A stretch of 64,000 bases of DNA, taken from Raillietiella orientalis. Taxonomy: Eukaryota. The stretch's first letter is position 1. The number at the start of each line of letters is the position of its first letter. Below the pieces are notes generated by a model. That model made no database searches. It was not told the origin of the DNA and was given only the letters and a program-made list of their open reading frames with translations. A program made the translations under genes and the position numbers. The stretch lies in contig JAYWIR010000018.1 in NCBI GenBank assembly GCA_036172245.1, forward strand, positions 620,001 to 684,000, in the 5' to 3' direction. Of the stretch, positions 24,060-37,739 are shown piece by piece.

Positions 24060-25600
24060 AGCCTGGCTCGGAGTACGAGGGGAGAATCTACTCCCATCGG
24101 ACCGTCTCCCGATGAGAAGCGCATCTTGTGTGAGAAGACGGGAAGCTACGGGTGAGAAGCAACCCCCTTGGTGGTCGTCCCTTGTTTGTGCGTGCAGAGC
24201 GGGGGAGCACCTCGAACTCAGTTGTAGAGGGCAGAGCGAGGTTGCAACTGCTTGAAACGGGGGAACTGCTAGCTGCAACCAGACCCTCTGCGAGGTAACG
24301 ACGCGATTGCAACTGATAAACAGTAACCAGCCATCCGTTGCTTCGGACTGCAAAGCAGGCGTACTGTACGGTTGAGTGCGAGGTGGGTTGTTTTCACTTG
24401 GATGCCATGGAGGCTAGTTCAGTGCGGTAACAAACGCAGCTGTGGTTCTAGAAAAGCGACCCGAAAGGAGGATCAGCTGCGAGTACCACAAGGATTTTCT
24501 TCCCCAAAGGTCTGTCGTCTGCAGAAGAGCCAGTGTGGAATCCAGAGAGAAAAGACCTGCCGGCTTCTTTACCCAATGTGGTCACACGACGATGCTCCCC
24601 AGCGTGTTTCGGAAGCCCCATGAGTGCACAGTGTGCACGCAGCAGAAAACAGTAGGTCTTTTCGGACCACCAACAGCAGGGGCTTTGCTTCCACCAAGAT
24701 CGCGTTCCCCTCGCACCACGAACGCTGGAATCGGCCACTCGCACACGCTAGGGCCCACGCGCCAGGTATAGGGAAGGAGGCGAGGAGAAATGGTGCCGTG
24801 GACAACTGCCATCTCTCGAAGCATCCAGAAGATACACCTTGCCATTCTGACCAGTGATGCCATGGAACCCTTTTCCGTGTGTGTGCTTCCAAGAAACTGC
24901 TTGGCCCGAATCTTCCTTCTTGGACTAGTGCGTTGCCTTCGCATCCCGATTGGGCAACCGGGCTGCCGTTGCAACTGCAAGCTTCACGAGTTCCGCCTCG
25001 GGTCTTCTGTTTCCGGCGGTGGACGGATTTGCGAGGTCCACTGCTCGAGTGTTCCAGGCCAGAAGCCACTCGGTCCCTAGGGATCAACGCGAAGCTAGAG
25101 AGTGAAGCGTCCGCCGCAGGCGCCGCTGCAGTCTGGTCGCCGGAGGGCGAGGCGTGCGTTCTCGTGGATCGCGCGCGCGTGCTCTTCCCCGCACGGAGGG
25201 GCCGGACACACAGAGCACATTCCTCCGCTTGGCTCGCTCCTTGGTTTCCAGGATAACGGCCACCACGAGAAATCACTGCAGGGATCGCTGGAGCCTCATG
25301 ACTGCTTCGCCGCATAGGAAAACGGCTGAAGGAATGTCTTCGACGGCAGCGAGCCCGCATCGCCATACTCCTAGGCGGAAGGGGGTTTGTACGAAACCTC
25401 GGAATTCAATGAAACCATGGAATAAAGAGAAGGGAGATGAGAAGGAGGCGACGGTTCTGCTTGTATAAGTTCTGGCGACCCCGAAACCGGCAACAGAGCT
25501 GGACCGAGTAGACAACTTCTGTGAGAGCAAAACAGTAATGGCGCTATGGCACACTTCTGGCACAAGCGAACGGTTGCATGCAAGTGAGCTGGAAACCGAG
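24060..25600 (+). mobile_element. Decayed BEL/Pao RNase H-integrase remnant abutting the NDUFS1 3' end
   Basis: PWWS/GRPLF (~24166; WWxGPxF), VRLSARWVVF (~24365; LxRVTAWVxRF), LLYPMWSHDD..RV (~24565; LxPFxDxxGLLRV), KIAFPSHH (~24695), SRVPPRVFCFRRWTDLRGPLL (~24985-25045; RVxxxxPFxxxGxDFAGPL), STFLRLARSLVSR (~25215; SFLxAFRRFVSRRG). Confidence 0.55.
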
Positions 25601-25703
25601 GCGATGTTATGTAGAACATAGTCTCGCATCGGCGATGAGAGCTTCTGCGACAGAGACGTAGGGGTACAGAACTGCCTTTATCTATCACGCTGGCAATTAC
25701 AGC

Positions 25704-28700
25704 CTAACGATGAGGCGTCTGCTGGCGACGTCTTTCATTCCGGACGGCCTGGATGCACTTGGCCATCGTCAGCGAAGCTCGACTGACGGGATCTGTCATG
25801 TAGAAGTCCTCGAGATGCTGTAACTCGGTCCGCAATGCGACGGAAGAGGGTTTTCCCTTTATAAGCTGCAATGAAACATCGTGAACTAAATAAATAAGAA
25901 AAAAAACTTTGATGATGGCAGATGGAGACATTTGCCGCCATCTCCAGCTGCATTTGACCCGATACCTTCGTGAGCACGTGAGCTTGAGCCGAGTAATTGG
26001 CGCTTTCCACTTTTCCGTACTCCACCAGGGTTGGGCAGATCTCTGACATGCGGAAACGCACATGATCCAGGCTGTCGTACGCCAACTGGACGCCAGCAAC
26101 CTATTCATAGCATTGGGAAACATGTTTCTTTAACACGGCACTCCAGTGGATTGGGTTTACTTCCGACAAGGCCCGTATGATTTTCCAGTCCTCCCTCGCT
26201 TCTCCCGGTGGAGAAACAGCCATTAACGTCTCCTGCGCCCTTCCTTCGGTATTTACATATGTGCCTTGCTTCTCTGTATATGCAGCGGAGGGTAACACGA
26301 AGTCAGCCATCTCTGCACCTCTGTCTCCGTGATGCCCTAAGTTGCAACAAAATGCTGGAGACGCTGGCTGCACCGTTAACAGCACAACAACAGCACAACA
26401 GTTGCGAGGTATTTAAAACACTTACTAAGCGATAAACTTCTTTCGGTCATCCATAAAAGCACGCTTACCATTCTTTGCTTTCTTTGAGTAAGGAGATGGT
26501 TAAAGTGATACAAAAACACATAATCCGGAGATTCGCAATTGCATCTCCGTCATCATTTCGTCTCGCCTTTTTACCTTGGTAAATCACAACACAACCTTCG
26601 GGAAGATCGCTCTTCTGGAACACTTGCTCATCAGCTCCCATTAAGTATAACAACTGGGGCTGGATCTCTTTAACGAAATCTACTTTAGATTTGTAACCCA
26701 GATCCAAAGCAGCCACCTGAGATGCTGCCTTATGTAAAACATTGAAGACCTTCCAATCACCTGTTATCTGGTATCAATGCAATTATCAGGATGCATGCAG
26801 AATACATACATTTTTGCATTTTCAAATACATGGGAAGCGGTCAAAGCATAGGCAACACGCATTACAATACCAAGTCAATACGAATCGTTCATTCCGTGTG
26901 GTAAGGAGAGCTCTGCATCACCTTTATTGTGGTAAAAATGCAGTAGGCGGAGTGAAAGAGCCACGAAAGAAGCCACTGTTCACAAAATGCCACACCAGTC
27001 TTTCACCAGCCGTACGGTACGTTCACTTGCTACCCCACATAAATAGAAAGAAACTTGTGCTAAATCCACTTCAAACTTGTAGTTAATGCTCTCCAAGAAT
27101 TCTTATTGAAGTGCGCGAGCAATGACTGTGGCCAGACATGTGTACCAAGTATGAATCACGAATAAATTATGCAATAAACATTCATTATTTACGAGTTGCA
27201 CGATTGAAAGCACAGTCTACTGGCATACCTCCAACTAGAACAGTTGATATCCTTAGAAATCATAATTATCTCCTGAAAATCGAGAATTACGTAATGACCG
27301 TAAATGATTTGCTTATTATGCTTTTCTACTTCCTCTCGAACTGAATACTAACAACGGCAAAGATCACAACATCCATATAAGGGAAGTTAAATTTTAATGC
27401 ACACTTGACTTATGTACCCTAAATACTTCAACAACATATACAAACGTATCTGGGCTTACCTTTTCCTGCAGCTTATGGGCTAACTGAAATGCCAAGGAAT
27501 AGATTGCTGCTCCATCAGGTCTCTGAAGCACATCAGATCCCAACACAATCATTGGTCTAGGAGATGCATACAAAACTTTTGCAAATGGATGAGACTGAGC
27601 AATTAACATCTGTAAAACATCCACTTTTTCCCCAAGATGCTAAAACAATCAAAGGCAATGGAATTTTAATTCAAATGATTTTTGTTTTATGGTATTCAGA
27701 AAAAATTGACATCAATTTAATGCATAAAAACCATAAGAACACATTCCAAATCTGGAAACTTTGGGGGAGATGAATTTTGTTGATGAATGTGCATTCTATA
27801 TTTGTTCTGTTTTTTTTTTTGTACACACACAATGGTATGCAAGCATAAAATGTACTACACATAAAATATTTAACCCAAAATAAAATATTTAACCATTAAG
27901 CCCAAAATTGAATTAAATCTCCTGGTGAAAAAGGCCAAGCAATTCGCTTTCGTTTAAAAAACTTGCTCCTTGCTTAACAGACCAAGTGCATTAAACGGGA
28001 TTTGGTGTGAATATTAGCAATCATCACATGAATACGAAAAGTGTAACCACGTTAAAATTCAACAACATAAGAATGCAATCTAACACAGGCCAGGATTACA
28101 TGGTAGGTGGGAACAACGAAACTGCACTAAAGATCCCAAGCAACGCCTGGGAATGCTCTGCATACACAGGAACCAATAGAAGTATAATTGGATAACACCA
28201 CAGCAAATTAAGTTCAATTAAAGCATGCCAGGATTGTCGTTCACTCTAATTAATTTATGAAACGTTAGTTGGATTTCTGGGAGGGGAAGGAGCTGATAAA
28301 ATAAATCGAGCACCTATCTCGGGAAATATGATGCAGAAGGAAGGAGTGCAAGACTGTGCATGAAATGGAAAAGGCTGCAATTGCTGGACATACTGGCAGA
28401 CTCAAATTGATTATGAATCCCTCCATGAATCACATAAATTCGGATTTATTGGGTTAATTACCATTAACAGTGACTACACCTTGTTAGCTTAAAGTTACTT
28501 ATTGCATAAACTAAAGTTCGTGCACAGAGTAACTTTAGCCACACTATAATCAAATGTTTTTGCCAAACTTTCACAAACACTAATAACTACCAACGAGAAT
28601 TCTGACTATGAAAAAATCAAATTGTTTTAAATACATGGAAATTTAGAAACAAAATAATTTACTGCCAATTCATTTTACTACTTCAACAGCTACATGCTCA

Positions 28701-31700
28701 ACTCTAACAATCCATACTGTCCTGTCTCTTATATTCACATTGGGCAGATACGATATTAGAAAATGAATAAAGTACTTCAGTAATGGTTATAAAAATAATG
28801 GTCTTTGTTAAGTAAAGCTTACAAGTGACAAGTAAAATCAGATTTCAAATCTCAAGTTTAGAGCGAAAATGCCAAACTATGAACCTAAGATAAATAAATC
28901 TTTTCCATTAAAATTTCCAACTTTTCATTCAAGCTTTCCCATCTGAAATCTAAATTTCATTCTTTTTCTACATTTCATTTAAAACATGTGAGTACAATGC
29001 AGAACTGACAATTTCAATTACATTAGCTTCACAGCATATCTGATATCTGTTACTATTTTTACTTACTTCATATTCATATGTAAGATCAAGTGGCATGCCA
29101 ATCAGGGCAACAGACATATCACTGTGCAGCCATGTCTTTCTTATCCTGGCATTAACTAGAGGAGCTTCCAAACGAGGATTTGTTCCAATTAGCAAAATAG
29201 AGGAAGCATCTTCAATGTTGGCTATTTTGGTATTGAATAAATAGTTATGTCTCAGATCTGTTCCTGCTCCTTCCATAGGGAAAGTGGATTCAGTGAACAG
29301 GTTTTCTGAACCAAGAGTATTCAGAAAATCTTTTAGTATTGTAAGTGCCTGTTGGAAATAGGATATGATGAAACACCTGCTCAATACTGTCTAATTTGAA
29401 AGTTGGTGTTATTTTCTCATTTTTTAATGCAAATACTATGAAAAAAAAAAAAAAATTGCAGACAGTATTTGTCACTTTGGAAATATGAATACAAAACACT
29501 GAAAACAACACCATAAACATCTCTCTTGCAACCACATAATTAAAAGTAAATTTTTCAATTTAAAATCAAAAACTCATTAATAATTAAAGAACAAAAATTC
29601 ATAAACATAAGTTATGTGATCACTTCAACAAAATTATGTACGGCATGAATATCACGATTACAGTTGTCTATCACAAAAACAGTACTGAATTCAAGTGAAT
29701 AGCACTGTATAAACCATAAAAATAATATTTTGATTACAAACCTCTGCATCACATAAACTACCAACTAAAGCAGCTATTTTATCACCAGGTACATTATTAA
29801 TTGCTTTGGCAGCATAAATCAAAGTGTCTTCCCATTCACAAGGTTCCAGTTCTTGTTTTTCATTTCTGATCATTGGGTAAACTAATCTCTGGTACTTCAG
29901 CCCATCATATGCAAATCGAGTTTTATCAGATATCCATTCTTCATTAATTTCCTAACATACAACGACTCTTTTCGAATTAGAACATTTGGTATCGAAATTT
30001 ACTTTAAAAACCCAATGGTGGAAACCCAATTTCATAACAAAAACTAAATAGGCAAAAAGTTCATTTGTTGATACTATGACAAATTAAAATGATGCATCCG
30101 AATAATAGCATTTAAGAGCACTTAATCATTGGATTTTGAGCCACATGCAATGAATTCCAAAGTCTTGAGAACTTTTCACAGAACATGCCACAAGAGATCA
30201 TTTATATACTTATACAAACATTCACACTCACTTTCATGTAAAATCTCAAAACACATATTTTCAACATGTATGTGCATAAGCAGGTAAGAAGAAAAATTTT
30301 TTTCAATAAAAACCTCATTAAGCCTTGGCAAAATTCTTAATATTTCCCCAGCTCTTGTACTAACAACAATGTTACTCCCTACAGCATCCATTACATCAAC
30401 AGTCTCAACTTTCCGTGTTTCCCAAGGTCTTGCCACAAATGCATATGGTTTGGAAGTGAGTGCCCCAACAGGACAAATGTCTATGATATTGCCAGATAAT
30501 TCTGTGAGTAGCATTTTCTCAACGTATGTCCCAATCTAAAGAAATTAAAAATTGGAAAATTGTCAATATTTCATCATTGACAAAAAAGAAAACTAACTTG
30601 AAGATCTTCACCACGACCTGTAGTCCCCAAATCCTCAATTCCTGCAATCTCAGATATGAAGCGAACACATCTGGTACAATGTATACATCGAGTCATGATT
30701 GTTTTCACCAAAGGTCCTATATTCTTATCTTCTACAGCTCTGAAAAATACATGCAAATTAAAATAATTAAGACTACAATTAAACTGATACTACACAAAAT
30801 GTTTTCTTTGTAATCAACAAGTTTTTGAAAATGCCAAATATCAGAGTTGAGAAATCAAATTTCCTATAAAACCAAACCTTCTGGAATTTCCCATTCAAGA
30901 TTTTAACATTCATCATGGCTGATTAAACTGACTTCAGTACTGTTTGGGAATGAGGAAACCAGAAACAAATTTTTAAAAAATAAAAATGACGTTTCATACT
31001 TTCCATTCTTAATAGATTAATTTAAATTATAACCATCTTACAGAACTCAGAAAATGTATAATTAATGCACAAGAATGATTTCATCAATTATAACAATGAA
31101 GTACTTAGGACTGTGTGAAATTTGGATATAGTTTGTACGCAAGTACCTATTACTTGACATCAATATCACTAAAATTGATATCATCAACAATGACTTAACA
31201 ACAACATTTCTGCAACGTTAATAAAGGAAGCGGATAACATTTGCTAACTAACAACTAATGGAAATGCAAATTTTAATGATCTACCAATTAATAATTTAAA
31301 ACAGTTCGAAAATTTCCAAACTTACTAAAAGTACATGTGTGATTTAAATGTCTATAGTCTTACCAGAACATTTACAAAATAATAATAAAAATCAGACATG
31401 GTAACACAATTAACCTTTTTCCTCCAAAGGCAATATCTACAAATCGAGATCGATCATTTCCAAAAGCCATGGACTGATCTTGCAAGTCACATTCACCACC
31501 TTGATCACATATGGGGCAATCTAAAGGATGATTGACCAGCAAAAATTCCATCACTCCTTCTCTAGCTTTGCGTGCCATATCTGAATTGGTTTTCACTCTC
31601 CACCCTTTCATCACAGGCATTGCACAAGCTGCCACAGGCTAAAATACTCGATTGTATTCAATCTTTTACATTGATTGTTTCACCTTTAATGATTTTTCCA

Positions 31701-32200
31701 CTTCGACTAAACACATTCTGCAATTCCCGGCTATTGACAATCTGTCATGATAACAGAACCTCGGGATTTCTACACCAACTAATGCTGCTGCCTAAGAAAA
31801 TCGAACTTCTGTCCAGATTGCAAAAAATATTCAGTAAAGTTATCAATATGTACTACATTGCCAAATTATTTTATTACTCATATTACATTTAATATCAGAG
31901 GATTGTCCGAAAATGAATGAAGATGAAAAGTAAAGCTCCACTGCTGCTAAATGAAAAAACGAAAAATCGCATGTCTCTATGTTGGCTGTTTTAAAATTTC
32001 ACAAGCATTCCAAAAATTACATATGAAACAATGAGGGAAAAGACCTGCAAAATTGTTGTTCCTGGCAGGACGTAAACGGGCTGCTCATCTATGAAAACTT
32101 CAATTTTTTGTGCTTCATTTGAAATCCTTCTACAGGTTGCACTGCATATCTTTTTCAGTGACTTGTTAAACTTAAAAGATATAGCACGAAAAATGTGCAT
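25704..32200 (-). CDS. NDUFS1: NADH:ubiquinone oxidoreductase 75 kDa Fe-S subunit, mitochondrial complex I (nuo-5 type), 729 aa, 12 exons
   Basis: Exons 5'->3': 32200-32045, 31791-31684, 31638-31415, 30739-30598, 30535-30314, 29951-29742, 29348-29067, 27639-27460, 26767-26575, 26336-26161, 26100-25966, 25865-25704. All are GT-AG and in frame. Fe-S motifs [44 protein letters not shown] and DICPVGAL are present, as is the C-terminal [18 protein letters not shown]. The basic N-terminus looks like a mitochondrial presequence. Confidence 0.97.
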
Positions 32201-32399
32201 AATTCACGATGATCTAGTTATTACAAAACTCATTTTAAATCCATGTGGAGCACAAATATTTTCTTGGGCAACAGCAGTTGTCTTCTAGTAGCAGCAAACA
32301 CCCTAAAATAAGTACACGGTTTGAATCCTACATGCATCAGCTACTTCACAGAGTACACAACCAATTCTGGTGCAAATGGAAAATCAAAAATTGAAACCG

Positions 32400-32900
32400 C
32401 TTGTTCAAAAGAGAATAACCTTCTGGGAATAGGAAAGTGCTCTGACCAATTGGCTGTCCCAAAAACTGAAACTCGGTGATCCCTGGACATGCAACACACC
32501 TGCTTCAATGCAACGGGAAGTCAGTTCGGTTTGTAAACAGATTGCGCTTCGCTGAAGGGTTCCTTCATAGCTTGAGGTAATGAACGGATGCCATAGGGTG
32601 TAAAGCCCATAATTTACAGGAATTAAATAGAAGCTCGCAATCAGGTGCACAAATTTATTAGCATTAGCCAAAAGAATGTTTGGATCTGAGTGACCACTTT
32701 GTGATCTCGAGTGTTCAACAAGATTCTACAGACACACCTTGACACCAAGAAACGTTAAACACTCTAGACGGATGTACAAGAAGTTCATAATAGTGTTTTG
32801 AGGATTCAGAAAAGCTCCAACAAATGATCAGCTGGTAAAATGGAAAACATTCGACAAAAAGGGGGAAAAGGAAACGTGAATGGAAAAAAGAGAATGGACA
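32400..32900 (-). mobile_element. Possible short BEL/Pao RT remnant upstream of NDUFS1
   Basis: Minus-strand RVFNVS (RVVFDAS-like), then YTLW and SRCIEAGVLHVQGSPSF (YRFxRVxFGxxSSPF-like). Weak. Confidence 0.25.
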
Positions 32901-33199
32901 ATCCTTCCTCCAAAAGTGTTAACATTCTATGAATATTAAGCTTTAAGTCACAAAGCAACCACAACTGCAAAACATCGAATCAGAGGATGAAAAGAAACTT
33001 AATTTCCTTAAATCTGTTCGGAATAAATAACTGAAAAAACATTAGGAATATTTCGCCTTAAGTTTTGGTTCTAAACAATGTAGCCCTAGGACCATTAATA
33101 ATATAACCATTAACGGATTCGCATAGCAATGTTCTAAATCTATAACTGCCAGTCATCAACGTGATATACAGACGAGGGTGAAGATGTGCTCACGTCTTC

Positions 33200-35140
33200 G
33201 CTTCCGACTAAGGAAGTATAGAAACATTAGTATGCTTGCGCCTGCGCCATGCGACCGAGTGCAAGGTAAACGTTTTAGCAGACGAGGACACCAACAGGCT
33301 TGCTGTGGTCAAAACCTTGAAGAATTTCCGTATCATGTCCCTGCAGAAGACAGGGAGGATGTCCGCGTCGATGATCCAGATCGGTGATGTCTCAGAAGGA
33401 CGCTCAAGGCGAAATGCAGATGCTTGGGCGCTTGCGTGCCTTCTCAAACCGTGTTGTGGCAAATGGAGAGAGGATCTCGTTCCCAGCAGGATGATCAGAC
33501 AGGCAAGTCTGCTCTCGGATGACCCGAATCCATAGGAATCGGCGCCACGAGCATCAATGCATCCTGCAACGGGAAACGTTCCCTAAGGAGACTGGCGGTG
33601 GAGGGACTGGCTCGGTTTGGGGTACTCAGATACCGTTCACCTGATACCCAGAGGCTTCACCGTCTCACCCCGCAACCTCGAGCTTGCTCAAGAAGCCTGA
33701 CAGAGTTTGGGTACAGATGCACACCACCGCCGACCGATGACTGAGAGCCACTCATGTCTGCATCTCTTGATCACCTGCTCCTTGAATACTACCTGTGTTG
33801 GCATGGCGGATGACACGAATGGTCGCAGTATCCATTTTGATGTCGAAAGTGTCTCCGAGACGCGGTTGAACAGCGCGCCGGGGCACTGGGCTAGTCATCC
33901 GAAAGCCGGATATGAAGACCTCCGATCTCCATCGTGGGGCACTAGGAAAGCTTCGAAGAGAATGATGTCTCCTCATCTCGCAGCAGGCATTTGGTGGAAG
34001 GAGGAAGCTCAAGGAACTGGATGTGTAGGCATGTGTCTCTCTGCCCAAACGTCAGAAGCTGCACCATGTACGCAGACCGCGTGCAATGACAGATCTTTTG
34101 AACTCCGACAGACAGCAACGCACGCCTCTGCAGCCTTTCCGTGGACTACCCGCAGACCCGACTTCCAGCTGGAATTCGGTGAGCAGCTGGCTATGCGGTC
34201 AATTCGGGACCATCACGGGCAAGTTGCTGAAGGACGCCTGCAGCCATTGCTATGAGCGAAAGCGTTTCTGTTACCGGACGAATGGGAAGCAGGACGGCAC
34301 CTGGTGCGGATACGCTGCTATCCCTTCTACGGAACTGGTACTGGTACGGGCATCGGCATTACTGGCCAAAGACACAAATCTCCTTCAGATCAGCTTGGGC
34401 GCACTCTACCCTAGACGAAAAGCCTTGCCGCCTCAACAAATGGCGCCCAGCCGCGCTGCTGAACGCGGGCGTCAGGTTGCCTTCCGAGGTGCGCAGCATG
34501 AGAACAGGCGACGGGGGCCATCATCATGGACCCGGAGCACATCTTTGCTGCTCCTCCGGGACGAACCATGAACTCCAAGCAGCTTTACGCCCTAAACCCA
34601 ATGCAGACTGCGAAAGGAGGATGCCGTTGCTGGCTCCAAGAACAGCGCAGTCCGCGTAGCAGTTTCTCGCAAGTTGCTAAAAGAAAACAAAATAGTGGAC
34701 TCTTTCGATTTCCCCACGGGAGACCGCCGGCTGAGTGAGCGAAGAGCTCGTTCCCCGGGTCAGCACCCGGGGAACGACCAGGTCTCGGCTTGCCAGTCAG
34801 CCTTCTTACCTATCTGCGCTCCCAGCGGCGCAGCGCGCGCGTCTCTTTGAGTGGCCCGAGCACGCGAGCCATCCGAGTCCGACGGCTAACCAGACGGAGA
34901 GACGGATGATGTGCAGCAGACTAATCTTCAAACTGACCTACTCTGTCTGGCCTTTCTTCCGTCCAACTTCCCTTGGAGGGTCTCCGCGTGACGGTACACG
35001 CCGGCGGCTGGCTCCTCCTTCGCACATCGCCCAGTCGCTCTCGACTCGCAGGAGCTGCGAACAGACCCGCATAGATGCCGGCGTGCACTTCAACAAGAGG
35101 AAGTGCTCTCCCGGAACAAGGAACGGGTCTTCGTAGGGAA
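33200..35140 (+). mobile_element. Decayed R2/NeSL-group (RLE-type) non-LTR retrotransposon, copy A (RT 3' half to CCHC/endonuclease region)
   Basis: KVNVLADEDTNRL (eroded LAYADDL), WASHPKAGYEDL (YxxxKxGGLGL), LLQISLGALYPRR (LRxxxxPTR), PEHIF (ETxxHI) and TSLGGSP (VGAxGxW), in the expected order. Confidence 0.5.
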
Positions 35141-35599
35141 AGCATTCAGGATCACGCCATGGGCTAACTCCTCCTCCTCAAGGGGAGTCCGGTCACATAC
35201 GTGGGCAAGGCACAGAGGGTGCCGGCTGCACCCATTCGCGCATATTCCTCTTTCCTAACTTCTCGGATGTCTCTGTCGTTCTCTGTCTCCTTCGTCGACG
35301 TCGAGCGGGGCTCCGCCAAACCAAATGAGCGACAGCCAAGCACTTCGCAGGCATCACTGACGGTCCATGGCAACGCCTCCTCCTACTCCTTTTCCTACAG
35401 CATCTGCCCCAGTCGCTCCCTTCGCCACAGCGTCGTGGAGCCCTGTCTCTCTACGATCGGAATGCGTGACGACTGTCGGACGCTTCCGCATACCGACGGC
35501 GGACACCGATGCGCCAGCTCCCGTACCGGCCCGGTTGCACGCAGTCCGCTTCTGCTACGCGAGGTGCAGAGGAATACGAGATGAGAGGGTAGCAGGAGC

Positions 35600-37550
35600 G
35601 TGATCTTCGTTGGTTCAGCGCAAGGCGATACAAGTACGTCGTTCCCGATGCTCGAGACACATCGTGGCACAGCAAAAGTGAGTGCAGCTGGGCACACTGG
35701 AACGCAACGGGCGAGCGAGTTGGCCCGAAATGTGTCGGCATGCGTTTGCATACGACAACCAATCGGGAGTGCCGAAATGAGGAATTCGATTTCCATTCAA
35801 AGTGGAAGGAGTGTAAAAGCGTTTGGCGGCTTTATGCAAGCAGGAGCAGGAGGAGGAGGAGTCCATGGATTGCACATCCTGCGGATGCACGACAGTATTG
35901 GAATGACACCCCCCTTCGGTCTGTTGGTGGAAGCGCTCGGTTGGCTGCCTTCACGCAAGCGAGGAGCTCCTGGAAGTATATATTAAAAGAAAAGTGCTTC
36001 TCTGGCAGAGTTGAGACAACAGGGCTGCCTGGGCAAAGAGAGGACAGCCACGGAAGGTCGAGATGACCTCCATAGACGAAAACGTCCAGGTGCTTCTGTG
36101 ACCCTTCGTCCTCCTGTGCTGAAGCGCTGTGGGCTGAAGAAAAGCTAAAGAAAAAACGAAGCCCTACAAGAGCGCATCCCGGTCTCTGGCGGAGCGGTTC
36201 GTCAAGGTCCGACTCGGGAACAGAGTGTGAGGGCGCCGCGAACGCGTCGCAGCCTTGAGCCACCAGCGAAGTTCGCTCAAAGGCACACAAGCAGGGAACA
36301 AAGCAGCCTTCGCAAAGATCACCGTCCCTCCGTCTTGAAGACGCAACGTTCAAGGTACTGCACGCGGCTCATCGTAGAGACCCTTCGAAGAAGAATTCGA
36401 TTCAGCAGGTGGAATCGACGGCTGGACTTACTCTAACTGGATGGGGTCTTCGAGCAAAACAGCATGCTTTCTCAACAATTCGGATAAAGCTAAGAAAAGA
36501 CCGAAAGGCACTCTCTTAGACTTTGTAGATCTGTCTTTGGTCAGTTTTTTATGCACTTTTAGACGGTTTCCTGAGCTAGCGCACGATTGATGAGCTCTTC
36601 TTATTGGCTCAGTGATCCAGGTCGATCTCGGAGCAAGAAAAAGAATTCACTCGGATTCGCAGTATCAAGAAACACTCAGATGTGGAGGGATGCGAGGCAG
36701 AGAAATCTAGTGAGCACCATATTATTCCTTGTGAGCGCAACTTGAGGAGATGACCCAGTTCTCTTTTCAGAATTGGAAGATGAAGTGCACTCGGGCCTCC
36801 TGACACTTGACTTTCTATGGTGGGAGATCACCGGCAGCAAAGTGAAACCCCTGAGGTGTGGGACGGTGCATCAAGCGGCTGACCCTTAGCCCCGTCTGCT
36901 TCCTCCCGAAGGATTGCTTTTTCAGAGCAGATCTCCTAGAAATCCCTCTGGAAGACCTGGAGATGTCCTCGGAGTTTACGTACGGCATATGTGCTTCCCA
37001 TCAAGTGGCGGGACTCATCTTTGCAACTGCTGCTTTGGGACGTCTCCTTGTGTCACCGACATTGTCGACACTACGGGACAAGGGGGACGAGAATCCTGCC
37101 AGGTGCGGTCAAGTCCTGAGCGTACTGGTGGAGTGCGTTGCCCTGTGGAGTGTTTGAGAACGTTGCCCACCTCTTCCAACTCCTGGTCAACAAGGAAGGC
37201 ATCTTCAAATTCTTCCTCGAGACAAGTGCGATGTCGCCTGAGCCACGATTGCGGATCGGCCCACCACTGGAGTCCACAGAGAAGGAGGAAGGAGAAAATG
37301 CCAACGATAGATGTGGAAGCTGGACCATCCACACAACAAGCGAAGACAACGGCAGCAGCGAAAGTGGAGGCTCCGCGCAGCCTCCGCGGGGTTGTGACCG
37401 GCAAGAACTACGCTTGAATGGACAAGAGCAACAGGAAAACCATTCCTCTCGTGTCTTTTCCCATCGGGATCGCCACTAGACGGTCTCTCCGATGGAGCTG
37501 TAAGAAGGAACTCTCCAGCATCCTTGCAGGATGCAGAGGAAGCCAAGGAA
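35600..37550 (+). mobile_element. Decayed R2/NeSL-group non-LTR retrotransposon, copy B (RT domain)
   Basis: KVSAAGHTG (SAPGPDG), FHSKWKECKSV (PxxWKxxxTxL), DHRPSVL..RLI..L (D/NxRPIxL), LDGVFEQNSML (DGCxExxxLL), AKKRPKGTLLDFVDLS (ARxxxKxLxxxFLDLxKAF), AGLIFA (GLxFN), DKSNRK..KKELSSI (DKxIR..KxGGLGI). Confidence 0.55.
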
Positions 37551-37739
37551 TCTACTATGACCCCTTTCCTCTTCTCCTTCCCTCACATACAGTTAATAGA
37601 ATTCCTTTTTGTTGCTTTTGCTGCTGTTTTTACTTCACTCCCGTTTCCCATGAGTGGACCTTGATGGGCGGAATGCGTTCTGGCAAGAGAACCTCCTAAG
37701 AGCAGCAAGAATACAATGGGATATCGAATCCTAACAGGA

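Noticed and set aside
99..25600. Dozens of 100-350 aa overlapping ORFs rich in R/P/G/S in the GC-rich domain (for example 9792-10856, 21104-21985, 22316-23023)
   Set aside because: Expected from high GC. They overlap on all frames and lack domains, and where interpretable they are shadows of decayed TE frames or contain only a small true exon.
28450..28470. GGGTTAATTACCATTAACAG resembling a spliced-leader 5' end
   Set aside because: Only a partial match to SL1 (GGTTTAATTACCCAAGTTTGAG), with no convincing donor, stem-loops or Sm site.
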